Positions 17,244-27,243 of a stretch of 64,000 bases of DNA are shown here, one piece after another; position 1 is the first letter of the stretch, and each line of letters starts with the position of its first letter. The notes beneath the pieces are model-generated. The model was not told the origin of the DNA, did no database searches, and saw nothing but the letters and a program-made list of their open reading frames with translations. The stretch is from Bacteroidaceae bacterium. GTDB lineage: Bacteria; Verrucomicrobiota; Lentisphaeria; Oligosphaerales; Oligosphaeraceae. The DNA is taken from positions 1,307-65,306 of the forward strand of contig CAVFEH010000009.1 of the NCBI GenBank assembly GCA_963621575.1, read 5' to 3'. The position numbers and the translations under genes were made by a program.

Positions 17244-19523
17244 CTACTCTGCGGACGGGGGCGCGGGCGCCTCGGGGGCGGGTTCCGGCGCCTCGGTGGC
17301 GGCAGGCGCAGGCGCGGGCGCCTCCTCGACGGTTTCGGCATGGGCGGCGGCGCCTTGTGCGGCGGACTCGGCTTGCGCACGCTTGCATTCCCGGCACTTG
17401 CGATATTGCTGGATTCCCAGATAGCAGGCCACCATGAGGACGAGCACAGCGAGGAGCCAGGCCAGGAATTTGCGGAATCTGCGGGCGGGGGTGCCCAGGG
17501 CCTCTTTGGGGAATCTTCCGCCGCGGGAGAAGCTCTTCCGCTGCTTGCGGCTGAGGCGCAGGCGGGCGTTGATGGCCCATCCATTGCCCTCCAGAAGGGA
17601 GGAGAGATCCTGCCGGTTCAGCCGGATGACCGCCAACAGCACGATGGGCGTCAGGAGAACTACCAGGACGCAGGCCAGGGAGATCAGCAGGGAGAGGGCG
17701 CTCATGTCGGCCAGGGTCTTGCAGATGAAGGCCAGGGCGGAGGAGAGGGCGGCGAAGGCGATTCCCAGCCCCATGAGCATTCCGGATTTGTCGCCCTTCT
17801 GCGCGGCGGGCTGCGCGGCGGCGTCGGTGGCGGCCTTCTTGGGGTCGTTGATCATTCCGGACATCTTCCCGGTGATGACGCCCTCGGAGCTGCTGGACAT
17901 GGCGGCCACCTTGTCTTCGGCCATCTTGCCGAATTTGGCGAAGGGAGCCAGGACGGCCTCCCGGAGGCACACCGGGTTCTCGATGACCTTCGTGATTTTG
18001 GCGTTGTAGGTCTGTCCGTCGGGGGCGAAGAAGATTCCGCGCTTTCCGGCCACCAGATTGCCCTTGTCGCCGATGGTGACGGGGGCGCAGAGGGTCTGGG
18101 CGGGTTTGGTGTCCACCTCCACGTAGATGAGGAAGAGCCCGCTGTTGGCGGCCACGGCGGAGTGTGCGCCCAGGTCGTCCACGGGGAAGGTCATGTTGAA
18201 CCAGCGGCCGTCGATGACCACCTTTCCGCGCTCAAAGAGGGTGGGCTTCCGGGGTTTGTAGAGATCGGGGACGCTGATGAAGTTGTTGGCCACGGGGACA
18301 AGCCACTGCAGGTAGAGCAGCGCCTGCTCCACGGCCTCGGCTTCCTTGAGGATCTGTGCCACGGCGAGGTCCTTGGTCTCCAGGATGGCGGCCTCCTCCA
18401 GGACGCCGGGCATGGCGGCGTGGCGCTCCAGGGTCTCCTGGGCCACGGCGGCGCAAATGCCGCCCTTCTGGGAAGCCAGGTAGTCCTGGTAGGGGGTGAA
18501 GACGGCCTTCGCCTTCGCCCACAGGGCGGGGGTGAGTTCCTTGGCGTCGGCGCCCAGGAGGGGCAGAAGGATCTTCTCCCGCAGGGAGAGCCACCATCCG
18601 CGCTGGAGGGGGTTGATGTATCCGGGTTCCTCCAGGGGGATGCTGGCGACGCCGCGGGGCTGGACGATGGGAAGCGCCTTCAGGTGGCTCTCCAGTCCGG
18701 GCCAGGCGGTGGGATCCAGGGCGCCGGGCTTGCCGTCGTTCTCCAGCACCACGCCGCTGAGGCGGGAATCGAAGCCCTGCAGGTCGCAGAGGCGGAAGAA
18801 CTCGTCGACGAGTCCGGCGTTTTCCTGGAGAAGCGCCAGGAGCGCGGGGGTGTCGGCGCCGAAGGGAAGCAGTTCGCTGGTGGCCTGGCCCTCGGGAAGC
18901 TCGCCGGCCTTCTTCCAAGCCAGGTATTCGGGGATGGCGGCGTGGTATTCCCGGAATTGCGCCAGGGTCATGCCCATGGTGCCATCCAGGTCCTGGGTGC
19001 CGCCGGTGGCCGCCACGCCGCCTTCCAGGAAGTCCTTGAGGTTGGCGGCCAGTTCGGGGGTGGACGCCTCGCCGGTGGCGAGCAGGGAGATGACGCCGTC
19101 GCCGTTGAGGGGGCGGCTGGTGAGGATCTTCTGGAATTCCCGGACCTGATCCAGGGTGATGGTCTCCTTGTCCTGGGCGCCCAGGTCGTTCAGGATATAC
19201 TCCGCGGAGTGGCGGATCTTCTTGGCGTCCTCGGAGTCGGTGAGGCGGGAGAGAAGCAGCTTTCCGTCAAAGGCGTCGGAGATGGAGTCCTTGTCGCCGT
19301 AGACGTCCAGCAGCCAATGGATGGCCGCCTTCAGGCTCTCGGTGGTGATGGAGCCCAGTTTGGCGGAGTCGATGTACGCCAGGACCTTCGGGTCGCAGGA
19401 ATATGCCTTCACGGGGGCGCTCATGGCGACCCACAGGGCCTCGTCCAGGGTCAGGGCGTCGGCCAGGTCGTGGCCGTTCTGGATGGAGAGCTGGTAGGCC
19501 TTCCCGATATGGAGGAATTTCAT
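17244..19523 (-). CDS. Hypothetical 759-aa protein with a C-terminal multi-pass membrane anchor
   Basis: The long ORF shows consistent GC3-rich codon usage. It has a soluble ~590-aa N-terminal region and hydrophobic segments GMLMGLGIAFAALSSALAFI, LSLLISLACVLVVLLTPIVLLAVI and FLAWLLAVLVLMVACYLGI. I recognise no family motif. Confidence 0.7.
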   Translation of the reverse strand: MKFLHIGKAYQLSIQNGHDLADALTLDEALWVAMSAPVKAYSCDPKVLAYIDSAKLGSITTESLKAAIHWLLDVYGDKDSISDAFDGKLLLSRLTDSEDAKKIRHSAEYILNDLGAQDKETITLDQVREFQKILTSRPLNGDGVISLLATGEASTPELAANLKDFLEGGVAATGGTQDLDGTMGMTLAQFREYHAAIPEYLAWKKAGELPEGQATSELLPFGADTPALLALLQENAGLVDEFFRLCDLQGFDSRLSGVVLENDGKPGALDPTAWPGLESHLKALPIVQPRGVASIPLEEPGYINPLQRGWWLSLREKILLPLLGADAKELTPALWAKAKAVFTPYQDYLASQKGGICAAVAQETLERHAAMPGVLEEAAILETKDLAVAQILKEAEAVEQALLYLQWLVPVANNFISVPDLYKPRKPTLFERGKVVIDGRWFNMTFPVDDLGAHSAVAANSGLFLIYVEVDTKPAQTLCAPVTIGDKGNLVAGKRGIFFAPDGQTYNAKITKVIENPVCLREAVLAPFAKFGKMAEDKVAAMSSSSEGVITGKMSGMINDPKKAATDAAAQPAAQKGDKSGMLMGLGIAFAALSSALAFICKTLADMSALSLLISLACVLVVLLTPIVLLAVIRLNRQDLSSLLEGNGWAINARLRLSRKQRKSFSRGGRFPKEALGTPARRFRKFLAWLLAVLVLMVACYLGIQQYRKCRECKRAQAESAAQGAAAHAETVEEAPAPAPAATEAPEPAPEAPAPPSAE

Positions 19524-19592
19524 GGGAGTATGGGGGATATTGTGGAATGGGTGGATTTCGCGGGGATGCGCGGAAAGACGCGGCGTGGTTTT

Positions 19593-20987
19593 CTAGTCCA
19601 GGACCACGGGCTGCTGATACTGGGGGACCTGGGCGTCCCAGCCCTTCTCCTGGGCGATCTTCTCCCGGAGGGCGGCGGAGGCCTCGGGTTCTCCGTGGGT
19701 CACGAAGACTTTCCGGGGCGTGCCGGAGACCGTGTCCAGCCAGCGGAGCAGCTCGTTGCGGTCCGCGTGGGCGGAGAAGCCGGTGATCCGCTGGATGTTC
19801 GCCTTCACGTCGTAGGATTCGCCCAGGATGCGCACCTGTGGGTCGCCGTCCAGGATCTGGCGGCCCAGGGTGTTGCGGGCCTGGTATCCCACGAAGAGGA
19901 TGGTGGACTCGGGGCGTCCGATGTTTTTGCAGAGGTGGTGCTTGATACGGCCGCCCGTGCACATTCCGGAGCCGGAGATGATGATGACGGAGCCGCGGAT
20001 GTGGTTCAGGGCCTTGGATTCCTGGGAGCTTCGCACCACGGAGACGTTGGAGACCCGCAGCACCTTCGCCAGCTTCAGGGTGTCGTCGTCGAAGAGATAC
20101 GGGTGGTGGACGAAGACGGTGTTGACCTTGCTGGCCATGGGGCTGTCCACGAAGATCCGCAGATTGGGGATGCGGTGTTCGGCGTTGAGCAGTGCCAGAA
20201 AGTAGAGGAGTTCCTGGGTGCGTTCCACGGCAAAGGAGGGGATGATCAGATTGCCGCCGGCGTTGGCGGTGTCGTTGATGATGCGCGCAAGTTCCTCGGG
20301 GATGTCCTTGGTTTCGCCGTGCTCGCGGTTGCCGTATGTGGACTCCACCAGGACGTAGTCGGCCTCGCCCACGGGAACGGGATCCTGGAGGATGGGCATG
20401 TCCCAGCGCCCCACGTCGCCGGAGAAGAGGATCCGGCGGGTCTCGGCGCCGTCGGTGACCGTGAGGCGGCAGCAGGCGGCGCCCAGGATGTGCCCGACCT
20501 GGAGGAACTCCAGGGTCACGTCCTGGCCGATCTCCACCTTCTGATTATAGTCCACCGGCAGGAAATACTGCGCCACCTCCTCGGCCTCTTCCTCGGTATA
20601 CAGCGGCTCGTAGCCGTAGGGGCTGACACGGCCTTCCCGCTCGTGCCGCTTCCGCTTGAACTCGGCGTCCTCCGCGTTGATCTTGCCGCAGTCCTCCATG
20701 ACAATGCTGGCGATCTCGGCGGTGGCGCGGGTGCAGTAGATGGGGCCCCGGAAGCCGTTGCGGACCAGCCGCGGGATTCGTCCGCAGTGGTCAAGGTGCG
20801 CGTGTGTGAGGATCAGGGCATCCAGCTTGTAGGGGGAGATGGGGAAGTTCTCCCAGTTGCGGCCCTTCAGGTCGTGCTCCTGGTAGAGTCCGCAGTCCAC
20901 CATGATGCGCAGGCCATTGGCCTCCAGGAGATAGCAGGACCCGGTGACGTTTCCGGTGGCGCCGTGGAAGCTCAGCTTGATTTCCAT
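19593..20987 (-). CDS. MBL-fold beta-CASP ribonuclease (RNA-metabolising metallo-beta-lactamase)
   Basis: MEIKLSFHGATGNVTGSCYLLEANGLRIMVDCG is followed by LTHAHLDHCGRIP (the HxHxDH motif). Beta-CASP motifs occur later (ESTYG, FSAHAD). Confidence 0.85.
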   Translation of the reverse strand: MEIKLSFHGATGNVTGSCYLLEANGLRIMVDCGLYQEHDLKGRNWENFPISPYKLDALILTHAHLDHCGRIPRLVRNGFRGPIYCTRATAEIASIVMEDCGKINAEDAEFKRKRHEREGRVSPYGYEPLYTEEEAEEVAQYFLPVDYNQKVEIGQDVTLEFLQVGHILGAACCRLTVTDGAETRRILFSGDVGRWDMPILQDPVPVGEADYVLVESTYGNREHGETKDIPEELARIINDTANAGGNLIIPSFAVERTQELLYFLALLNAEHRIPNLRIFVDSPMASKVNTVFVHHPYLFDDDTLKLAKVLRVSNVSVVRSSQESKALNHIRGSVIIISGSGMCTGGRIKHHLCKNIGRPESTILFVGYQARNTLGRQILDGDPQVRILGESYDVKANIQRITGFSAHADRNELLRWLDTVSGTPRKVFVTHGEPEASAALREKIAQEKGWDAQVPQYQQPVVLD

Positions 20988-21020
20988 GCTCGGGGTTCTT
21001 GTGGGGTGGTGGGTGGCGTG

Positions 21021-21311
21021 CTAGGGGACCAGCGGTGTGTAGATGTGGCAGGAGCTCTTCTCTCGCATGCCTTGGATCTTCTGGCGGAACCAGGCGATGT
21101 TTTCGCCGGCCAGGTGTTTCTCCAGGGCATCCTTGCTTTCCCAGGTCTCGATCATGGTCACCGTGGCGCCGTCGGCGCCTTCTTCCACGCAGGGGGTGTA
21201 GCGGAGGCATCCGGGCTCTTTGCGCACCCGTGGCGCCAGCTCCTCGAGGATGGCGAGATATTCCTTCTGGAACTGGGGCTTGATGACGGCGGGTGCGCAG
21301 ACGTGGATCAT
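21021..21311 (-). CDS. Antibiotic-biosynthesis-monooxygenase (ABM) domain protein
   Basis: 96 aa, with TMIETWESKDALEKHLAGENIAWFRQ, which is typical of the YgiN/ABM ferredoxin-like fold. Confidence 0.7.
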   Translation of the reverse strand: MIHVCAPAVIKPQFQKEYLAILEELAPRVRKEPGCLRYTPCVEEGADGATVTMIETWESKDALEKHLAGENIAWFRQKIQGMREKSSCHIYTPLVP

Positions 21312-21462
21312 GGCGGGGGTCTTGAAGTGGAGGTGGGCGGGGATGGAGGGGAGGGAAGCGGTGACCTTCTGAATATAATGCCCCCGTGGGGGCGGAAACG
21401 CACCCCGCGCCCCCTTTCCTCATTCCCCGGAAACATCCCCTCCCCTTGGCGCAGTACGCGTC

Positions 21463-21942
21463 TCAGGACGCCACCACGGCCCCCGTACTCCTGGCCCCGG
21501 CGTCCCCTTCCTCCAGGACAGGCTCGGCGGTGCGCTCCCTGGCCAGGAGTTCCCGGAGGGTGGCGCGCAGGAGCCGTTCCGTGAGGAGGACCAGGGTCTG
21601 CTGGCGCTTGGGTGTGGCGTTGAGGAGCCGGAGGGTGTTGAGGAAGCGCCGCGCGTAGTGGACCGCCTCCCGGGGGAGGGGGCGCAGGCAGGAGTTCAGG
21701 CGGGGCGACGCGTGGGAGCCCGACAGCTCCCGGTCGTACGCCCCCGCCAGGAAGTTCTCCACCATCCCCGCGTGTTTTCGTTGGCACGTTTTGCTCTTCC
21801 CGAGCTCCCACTTCCGGATTGTGGCCCAGGAGACCCCTAGAAAATCTCCCAATGCGGTGAAGGTGAGGCCAAGCTCCCGGCGCTTCCGGGACAGGGCCTG
21901 GCGATTTTCCGCCGTGAATAGGAATCGATCGTTTGTCGACAT
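21463..21942 (-). CDS. Helix-turn-helix (XRE-like) DNA-binding protein
   Basis: LSRKRRELGLTFTALGDFLGVSWATIRKWELGKS is an HTH_3-like segment. The remainder is uncharacterised. Confidence 0.6.
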   Translation of the reverse strand: MSTNDRFLFTAENRQALSRKRRELGLTFTALGDFLGVSWATIRKWELGKSKTCQRKHAGMVENFLAGAYDRELSGSHASPRLNSCLRPLPREAVHYARRFLNTLRLLNATPKRQQTLVLLTERLLRATLRELLARERTAEPVLEEGDAGARSTGAVVAS

Positions 21943-22097
21943 GCAGACGTCTCCGTTGATTGGCAGGTGAAGACTCCCCCGGCCGCCGGGGGAGGACCGG
22001 GGAGACTATACCACATGCGCCGGCCCAAAGGGCGCCGGGGACGCCGCACTCCCGAAGGGCGCCAAGACGACCATGGCTTCCGGGAGTCTCCCGGGGA

Positions 22098-23228
22098 TTA
22101 TTTCTCCAGTAGCGCCAGTGCGCCGCGGAGGAGTTCCCCGCGCCATCCTTGGAGGATGCGTCCCTCCTGGGGGGCCTTGCGGAGGTGGTTCGCCGCCCAG
22201 TGTTCGGCATCGTGGCGGGTGCATGCCAGGGTGGGCTCGATCTGACGATCCCGTGCACGCCTCTCCGCCAGTCCCAGCACCCGGTCGGAGAGCTTCTTCA
22301 GCTCGTCCTTCGGGAGCGGCCGCTCCCGTTTCCGGACGGCCAGTCCGCACCGCTCCAGGGCCTCCTGAGAATGCTTCAGCGCCTCCAGGATCTCGGCGCC
22401 CACAAGGTGAATCCGCTTGGGCCGGCATTGCGGCATGGAGAGGAGCCGGGATCCCTCTTGCGGGTTCTCGTAGGCGCACCAGATGAGTTGTTCGTCCGTG
22501 AGGAGCCGGTTGCGGGTGGTGTCGGTGGCGCGGGCTTTCTCCTCGCGCCAGAGGGCGAGGGACACCAGGCGCCCCCGGATGTCCTCGGGCATGGGCTTCC
22601 GGAGCGCGCCAATCTTGCGCCAGGCGTCCTCCACAGGAGGCGGAAGATAGGCCTCCCCGTGGCAGAATTGGGTCTCCATCTCCTCCAGGAACCAGGCGAG
22701 GTTCCCATTGGCCTTCAGGCGCTCTTCGTAGAGCGCCGCCAGTTCGGGGAGCAGCACCACATCGCCCGCGGCATAGTCGATCTGTTTCCGTGTGAGGGGG
22801 CGCAGGGTCCAATCGCTGCGGGTCTCACTTTTGTCCAGGAGGATCCCCAGCTTCTCTTGGATGACCGCCTTCAGGCTCTGGGTGGCGCTCTCTCCGCAGA
22901 AGCCGGCCGCGATCTGGACATCGAAGACATTGGCGGGCAGGACGCCGCAGGCGCGGTGGAGGATGGGCAGGTCGTTGGCGCCGCTGAAGAGGATCTTCCG
23001 GCGTCCGGCGTCCCCCAGGAGTTCCCCCAGGGGCGACCAGTCCCGGATGGCCAGCGCGTCCACGATGGCGGCGGCCTGCCGATTGACTCCGATTTGGAGG
23101 AGTGCGAAGACGGGGAAGTATGTGCGGGTCCAGGCGAATTCGGTGTCCAGGGCCACAAGGGCGCCGGGGGGCAGGGCATGGAGGAATTTCGCCAGTGCGG
23201 CGTCAGTGTCGATCCAGAGGGGAGTCAT
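22098..23228 (-). CDS. rnd: Ribonuclease D
   Basis: The DEDD 3'-5' exonuclease motifs are present (VALDTEF, FSGANDL, YAAGDV), followed by an HRDC-like C-terminal region. 376 aa. Confidence 0.85.
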   Translation of the reverse strand: MTPLWIDTDAALAKFLHALPPGALVALDTEFAWTRTYFPVFALLQIGVNRQAAAIVDALAIRDWSPLGELLGDAGRRKILFSGANDLPILHRACGVLPANVFDVQIAAGFCGESATQSLKAVIQEKLGILLDKSETRSDWTLRPLTRKQIDYAAGDVVLLPELAALYEERLKANGNLAWFLEEMETQFCHGEAYLPPPVEDAWRKIGALRKPMPEDIRGRLVSLALWREEKARATDTTRNRLLTDEQLIWCAYENPQEGSRLLSMPQCRPKRIHLVGAEILEALKHSQEALERCGLAVRKRERPLPKDELKKLSDRVLGLAERRARDRQIEPTLACTRHDAEHWAANHLRKAPQEGRILQGWRGELLRGALALLEK

Positions 23229-23312
23229 GGGGGCGTATTCGGGGCAAAAAGAAGGGGGAGGGCGGCGTGTGCCGCCATCCCCTTGGTGGCAGAAGTCTGT
23301 GGATTCGGGAGG

Positions 23313-24371
23313 CTAGTGGGCGTAGTGGGTGAACTTCCCCCAGAGGCGGAGGAGGGGCGACAGCAGGACGCATCGGGAATACGCCCGCAGGAGCCTGCAG
23401 AAGACCCTCTGGCGGAAGTTGAGGTAGACCTCCATCTGCCGGAGGGTTCCGCCTGCGTCCGGGGCGTCCCAGAGGGCCTTGATGATCTTCTGGCGTTCCT
23501 TATGGTTTGCCAGGATGTGCCTGTATTCAGGGTTGAAGATCTTGGAGAGGAATCCGGTGAAGGTGGTGACGGCCCAGGTGCGGCGTGCGGCGTGGGGCAT
23601 CTCCTTCCGGTGGTCTCGATAGAAGTCCGCCAGGGAAAGCACGGCTTTCAGAAGGGAGTTGATGGCCAGGTCCCGGTGGTTCAGGCCCCAGTCGATGGGG
23701 CGTCGTACGCACCAGTAGGAGGGCAGCAGCCGCTGCATTGTGGAGCACAGGCGCGCCCGGAAGTAGACCTGCGGCACCCAGGTGTGCGCCACGCGGTCCT
23801 GGAGGGACTCGTCCGCCCAGAGGTCCTGCCTCACGATGAAGTCGCGGCGATAGCATCCCAGGAAGAGCTCGCAGCGCAGGAAGCCGGTCTCGTGGCCCAG
23901 GCTCTCCAGCATTCGCAGACCCGTGCCCTCGCGGATTCCGGCGAAGGAGCGCAGGGGGATCTCCGGCACGAAATACATCTCGTCATCCATGTGTCCCATC
24001 ACCGCTGTCAGGATCAGGAGGTCCATGGTGGGCTTGTCCTGGATGGCGTGGAGGATTCGTTCCACGGTGGTGGGGGTCATTTCGTTGTCGGCGTCGGTGT
24101 AGGTGAAGTAGACGCCATGGCATTCCCGGATGCCCAGGTTGAAGGCGGCGCCGCAGGTGGTCTCCCGGGGCACGGGGAGCAGCCGCGCCCGTGCGAAGCC
24201 ATGGAAGGCCTCGCGGAAGGCGGCCTCGGAGGACTTGGGGCAGCCCCATCCGAGGCCCAGCACCTCCACGGCGGGAGTCAGATTCCGGGCAATGGTGGCC
24301 AGGTTCCGCTCGAGTTCCTTGGGAACCGTGGAGGTCAGGGGGATGATGATGGAGAGGAGTGGTGCGCCCAT
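23313..24371 (-). CDS. Family 2 glycosyltransferase
   Basis: LLSIIIPLTS...AAFNLGIRECHGVYFTYTDADNEM fits the GT-A fold with its DxD-type motif. Confidence 0.78.
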   Translation of the reverse strand: MGAPLLSIIIPLTSTVPKELERNLATIARNLTPAVEVLGLGWGCPKSSEAAFREAFHGFARARLLPVPRETTCGAAFNLGIRECHGVYFTYTDADNEMTPTTVERILHAIQDKPTMDLLILTAVMGHMDDEMYFVPEIPLRSFAGIREGTGLRMLESLGHETGFLRCELFLGCYRRDFIVRQDLWADESLQDRVAHTWVPQVYFRARLCSTMQRLLPSYWCVRRPIDWGLNHRDLAINSLLKAVLSLADFYRDHRKEMPHAARRTWAVTTFTGFLSKIFNPEYRHILANHKERQKIIKALWDAPDAGGTLRQMEVYLNFRQRVFCRLLRAYSRCVLLSPLLRLWGKFTHYAH

Positions 24372-24429
24372 GCTGCCGTTGGGTGTGGATAAGGCGTTTC
24401 GGTGCGGAAATTGGTGGATGCGTGCGGAG

Positions 24430-25026
24430 TCATTCCTCCGTCAGGGATACCTTCCCCCGCGAGAGGTCCCGCAGGGCGGTCTCCAAGGCGGGGAGGCTTT
24501 CCACGGGGAGGATGCCGGAAAGCAGGACTCCCTCCGCCTGGAAATCCTCCTGGCGGACCTCAAGGCGCGCTTCCCGGAGGAGGCGCCGTCCTTGCTCCAG
24601 GAGGGGGTAGGGGAGCAGGACGGTGCGGGAACAGACGGCGATCCGGGGGCGCGTGGCCGCCGACGCAAGCACGCCCTTTGCGGCATCGCCGTAGGCGTGC
24701 ACCAGTCCGCCGGTGCCGAGTTTGGTGCCGCCAAACCAGCGCGTGACCGTGAGCAGCACTTGCGAGATCCCGGAGCCCCTCAGGACCTCCAGCACCGGAC
24801 GGCCCGCGGTGCCCGACGGTTCGCCGTCGTCGGAACACCCCAGCACCTCCGCGTTCTCCCCCAGCACCATGGCGTGGACCACGTGGCTGGCGTCGGCGTG
24901 TCTTTCGCGCTGGGTGGCCAGGATGGCCTTGACCTCCTCCGGAGAGGCGGCGGGAAAGAGCTCCGCCAGGAAGCGGGACTTTTTCTCCACCAGGAGGAAT
25001 GGCGTGGATTCCATCAGTTCCAGCAT
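24430..25026 (-). CDS. YigZ / IMPACT-family protein (UPF0029)
   Basis: VEKKSRFLAELFP...HVVHAMVLG...CSDDGEPSGTAGRPVLEVL...VTRWFGGTKLGTGGLVHAY matches the family. The start is trimmed to MLELMES at 25026. Confidence 0.8.
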   Translation of the reverse strand: MLELMESTPFLLVEKKSRFLAELFPAASPEEVKAILATQRERHADASHVVHAMVLGENAEVLGCSDDGEPSGTAGRPVLEVLRGSGISQVLLTVTRWFGGTKLGTGGLVHAYGDAAKGVLASAATRPRIAVCSRTVLLPYPLLEQGRRLLREARLEVRQEDFQAEGVLLSGILPVESLPALETALRDLSRGKVSLTEE

Positions 25027-25045
25027 CGACGCGGGGGGGGGGGGG

Positions 25046-25426
25046 TCAGTCCTTTTTCTCGTCGATGGGGCGTGCCGGCATCCGGATGAAGTGCAGGATG
25101 CTGGCGGCGATGCCAAAGCAAACGAGGAATCCCGCCACGGCGGCCAGGGGGGTGGCGAAAGGCGCCAGGGCGTCGGGCAGGAGGGATTCCATGGTGGCGG
25201 GCAGAAGCCGCCAGGCCAGCACGCCGCCGGCGGCGGCGAAGGCCAGGCAGAGGATCACCCCCACCAGCCGCAGAATGTAGAGCGCCAGGCGGATGGACAG
25301 GAAAAGCAACAGCAGAGTGCCGAAGGCCAGGATCAGCACCTTCCACCAGTCCACGGACCACTGGATTCCATCGGACTGGAAGGCCATGCCCTCGGCGAAA
25401 GTGTTGGCGAGCAGGAGGAAGTCCAT
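25046..25426 (-). CDS. Small integral membrane protein, unknown function
   Basis: 126 aa with three to four hydrophobic helices. It is tightly packed between fhs and the yigZ-like gene on the same strand. Confidence 0.5.
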   Translation of the reverse strand: MDFLLLANTFAEGMAFQSDGIQWSVDWWKVLILAFGTLLLLFLSIRLALYILRLVGVILCLAFAAAGGVLAWRLLPATMESLLPDALAPFATPLAAVAGFLVCFGIAASILHFIRMPARPIDEKKD

Positions 25427-25432
25427 GGCGCG

Positions 25433-27193
25433 TTAGAAGAGTCCGCGGATGCGGCCGGTCTCCACATCCACGTCGATTCTGCGGAAGGCGGGGTCGGAGG
25501 AGGTCCCGGGCATGAGCTTGATGTCTCCGGCCACGGGCACCAGGAATCCGGCACCGCGGTAGAGGAGGATGTCGCGGACGGGCAGGATGAATCCGGTGGG
25601 GCGCCCCTTCACATCGGGATCATGGGAGAGGGAGAGGTGGGTCTTCACCTGGCAGATCTGGAGTCGTGCGGTCTCGGGATCGGCCTGGTAGAGCTCCAGC
25701 TTCTTCCTGGCCTCGGGCAGCAGCTCGATGTCCGCGGCGCCATAGACCTTCTGGGCGATGTCGCGGATGCGCTTCTCCAGGGGATCCGCGTCGTCGTAGA
25801 AATAGTGGAAATCGCTGGTCTGGCGGCAGGCCTCCTCCACCGCCTCGGCCAGCTCCAGGGCGCCCTCGCCGCCGAACTGCCAGTGCTTGGAGAGCGCGGT
25901 CAGCGCACCCGCCTCCTCGCAGACACGGCGCACCAGGCGGACCTCTTCGTCGGTGTCGGTGTGGAAATGGTTGATGCACACCACGGGCTTCACGCCGGAG
26001 TTCCGCACGATGTCCAGGTGCGCCAGGAGATTCTGGCAACCGGCCTCCACCAAAGGCAGATTCTCCTGGGTGTAGACGGGATCCAGTTTGGCGCCAGGCT
26101 TCACCTGCGGTCCGCCGCCGTGCATCTTCAACGCGCGGATGGTGGCCACGACCACCACGGCGTCAGGACGCAGACCACTGGCGCGGCACTTCAGATCCAC
26201 GAACTTCTCGTAGCCGATGTCGCTGCCGAAGCCGCTCTCGGTGACGTGGTATTCGGAGCAGCGCACGCCGATCTGGTCGGCGATGACGGAGCTCTGCCCG
26301 ATGGCGATGTTGGCGAAGGGGCCGGCGTGGACCAGGATGGGCTGCCCTTCGAGGGTGGAGACCAAGGTGGGGTTGAGCGCCTCCACCAGAAAGGCGGTCA
26401 TGGCGCCGTCCACTTCCAGGTCATGGGTGGTGATGGGGCTGCCGCCCCGGCTGTAGGCCACCACGATCCTGCCCACGCGCTCCCGCAGGTCCTTCAGGTC
26501 GTTGGCCATGGCGAGGATGGCCATGAGTTCGCTGGAGACGGAGATGGCGAAGCCGGATTTCATGGGGTAGCCGTCCATCTTGCCGCCTTGCCCGATGAGG
26601 ATGTTCCGCAGGGCCTGCGCGCAGAAGTCGATGGCCCACAGCATTTGGACCCGTTCGGGATCGATGTCCAGGCGCTTCAGGTTCCGCTTGGCCAGCTGCC
26701 CGTCGTCGTAGTTGCGCTCGTGCTGCATCCGGCTGGTGAGGGCCACCATGCCCAGGTTGTGGGCGTTGGTGATCTTGTCGATGTCGCCGGTGAGTCCCAT
26801 GGAGAAGGTGGTCAGGGGGATGCACTGTGCCAGACCGCCGCCGGCGGCGGATCCCTTGATGTTGAAGGTGGGGCCGCCGGAGGGCTGGCGGATGGCGCCG
26901 GAGACCCTGCGTCCGCGCCGGGCGAGTCCCTCGATGAGGCCGATGGTGGTGGTGGTCTTGCCTTCTCCCAGGGGCGTGGGGGTGATGGCGGTCACGTCGA
27001 TGTACTTTCCCCTGGGGGCGTCTTGGAGACGCTTGCGGATGGCCATCTGGTCCAGGCGCGCGATCTGGCGGCCGCAGGGGATGATCTCCTCGGGGAGGAG
27101 CCCCAGATCCTGGGCCAGTTGCCGGGGTGTGCGCATGGTGGCTTCCGCGGCTTCCGCGATCTGCCAGTCGGCGAGTATGGTGGGGTCAAGCAT
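25433..27193 (-). CDS. fhs: Formate--tetrahydrofolate ligase
   Basis: [20 protein letters not shown]...[22 protein letters not shown] are Fhs signatures. The start is [16 protein letters not shown] at 27193; the 728-aa track ORF is a 5' extension. Confidence 0.92.
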   Translation of the reverse strand: MLDPTILADWQIAEAAEATMRTPRQLAQDLGLLPEEIIPCGRQIARLDQMAIRKRLQDAPRGKYIDVTAITPTPLGEGKTTTTIGLIEGLARRGRRVSGAIRQPSGGPTFNIKGSAAGGGLAQCIPLTTFSMGLTGDIDKITNAHNLGMVALTSRMQHERNYDDGQLAKRNLKRLDIDPERVQMLWAIDFCAQALRNILIGQGGKMDGYPMKSGFAISVSSELMAILAMANDLKDLRERVGRIVVAYSRGGSPITTHDLEVDGAMTAFLVEALNPTLVSTLEGQPILVHAGPFANIAIGQSSVIADQIGVRCSEYHVTESGFGSDIGYEKFVDLKCRASGLRPDAVVVVATIRALKMHGGGPQVKPGAKLDPVYTQENLPLVEAGCQNLLAHLDIVRNSGVKPVVCINHFHTDTDEEVRLVRRVCEEAGALTALSKHWQFGGEGALELAEAVEEACRQTSDFHYFYDDADPLEKRIRDIAQKVYGAADIELLPEARKKLELYQADPETARLQICQVKTHLSLSHDPDVKGRPTGFILPVRDILLYRGAGFLVPVAGDIKLMPGTSSDPAFRRIDVDVETGRIRGLF

Positions 27194-27243
27194 GGTATGG
27201 GTGTTCACGGGGAGGCGGCGTGGGGATGCGGAAGTGGCGCGCG

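Noticed and set aside
17058-21584. Very long ORFs antisense to real genes: 17058-21584 (+, 1508 aa), 30041-34711 (-, 1556 aa), 42634-46971 (-, 1445 aa), 3785-6019 (+), 24713-27454 (+), 51887-55249 (+), 60999-63005 (+), and others.
   Set aside because: Their translations are Gly/Ala/Arg/Pro/Asp/His-rich low-complexity sequence with no motifs. Each lies opposite a gene with unmistakable family signatures (purL, gyrB/gyrA, fhs, guaB and so on). Stop codons are rare in GC-rich DNA, so long open antisense frames are expected by chance.
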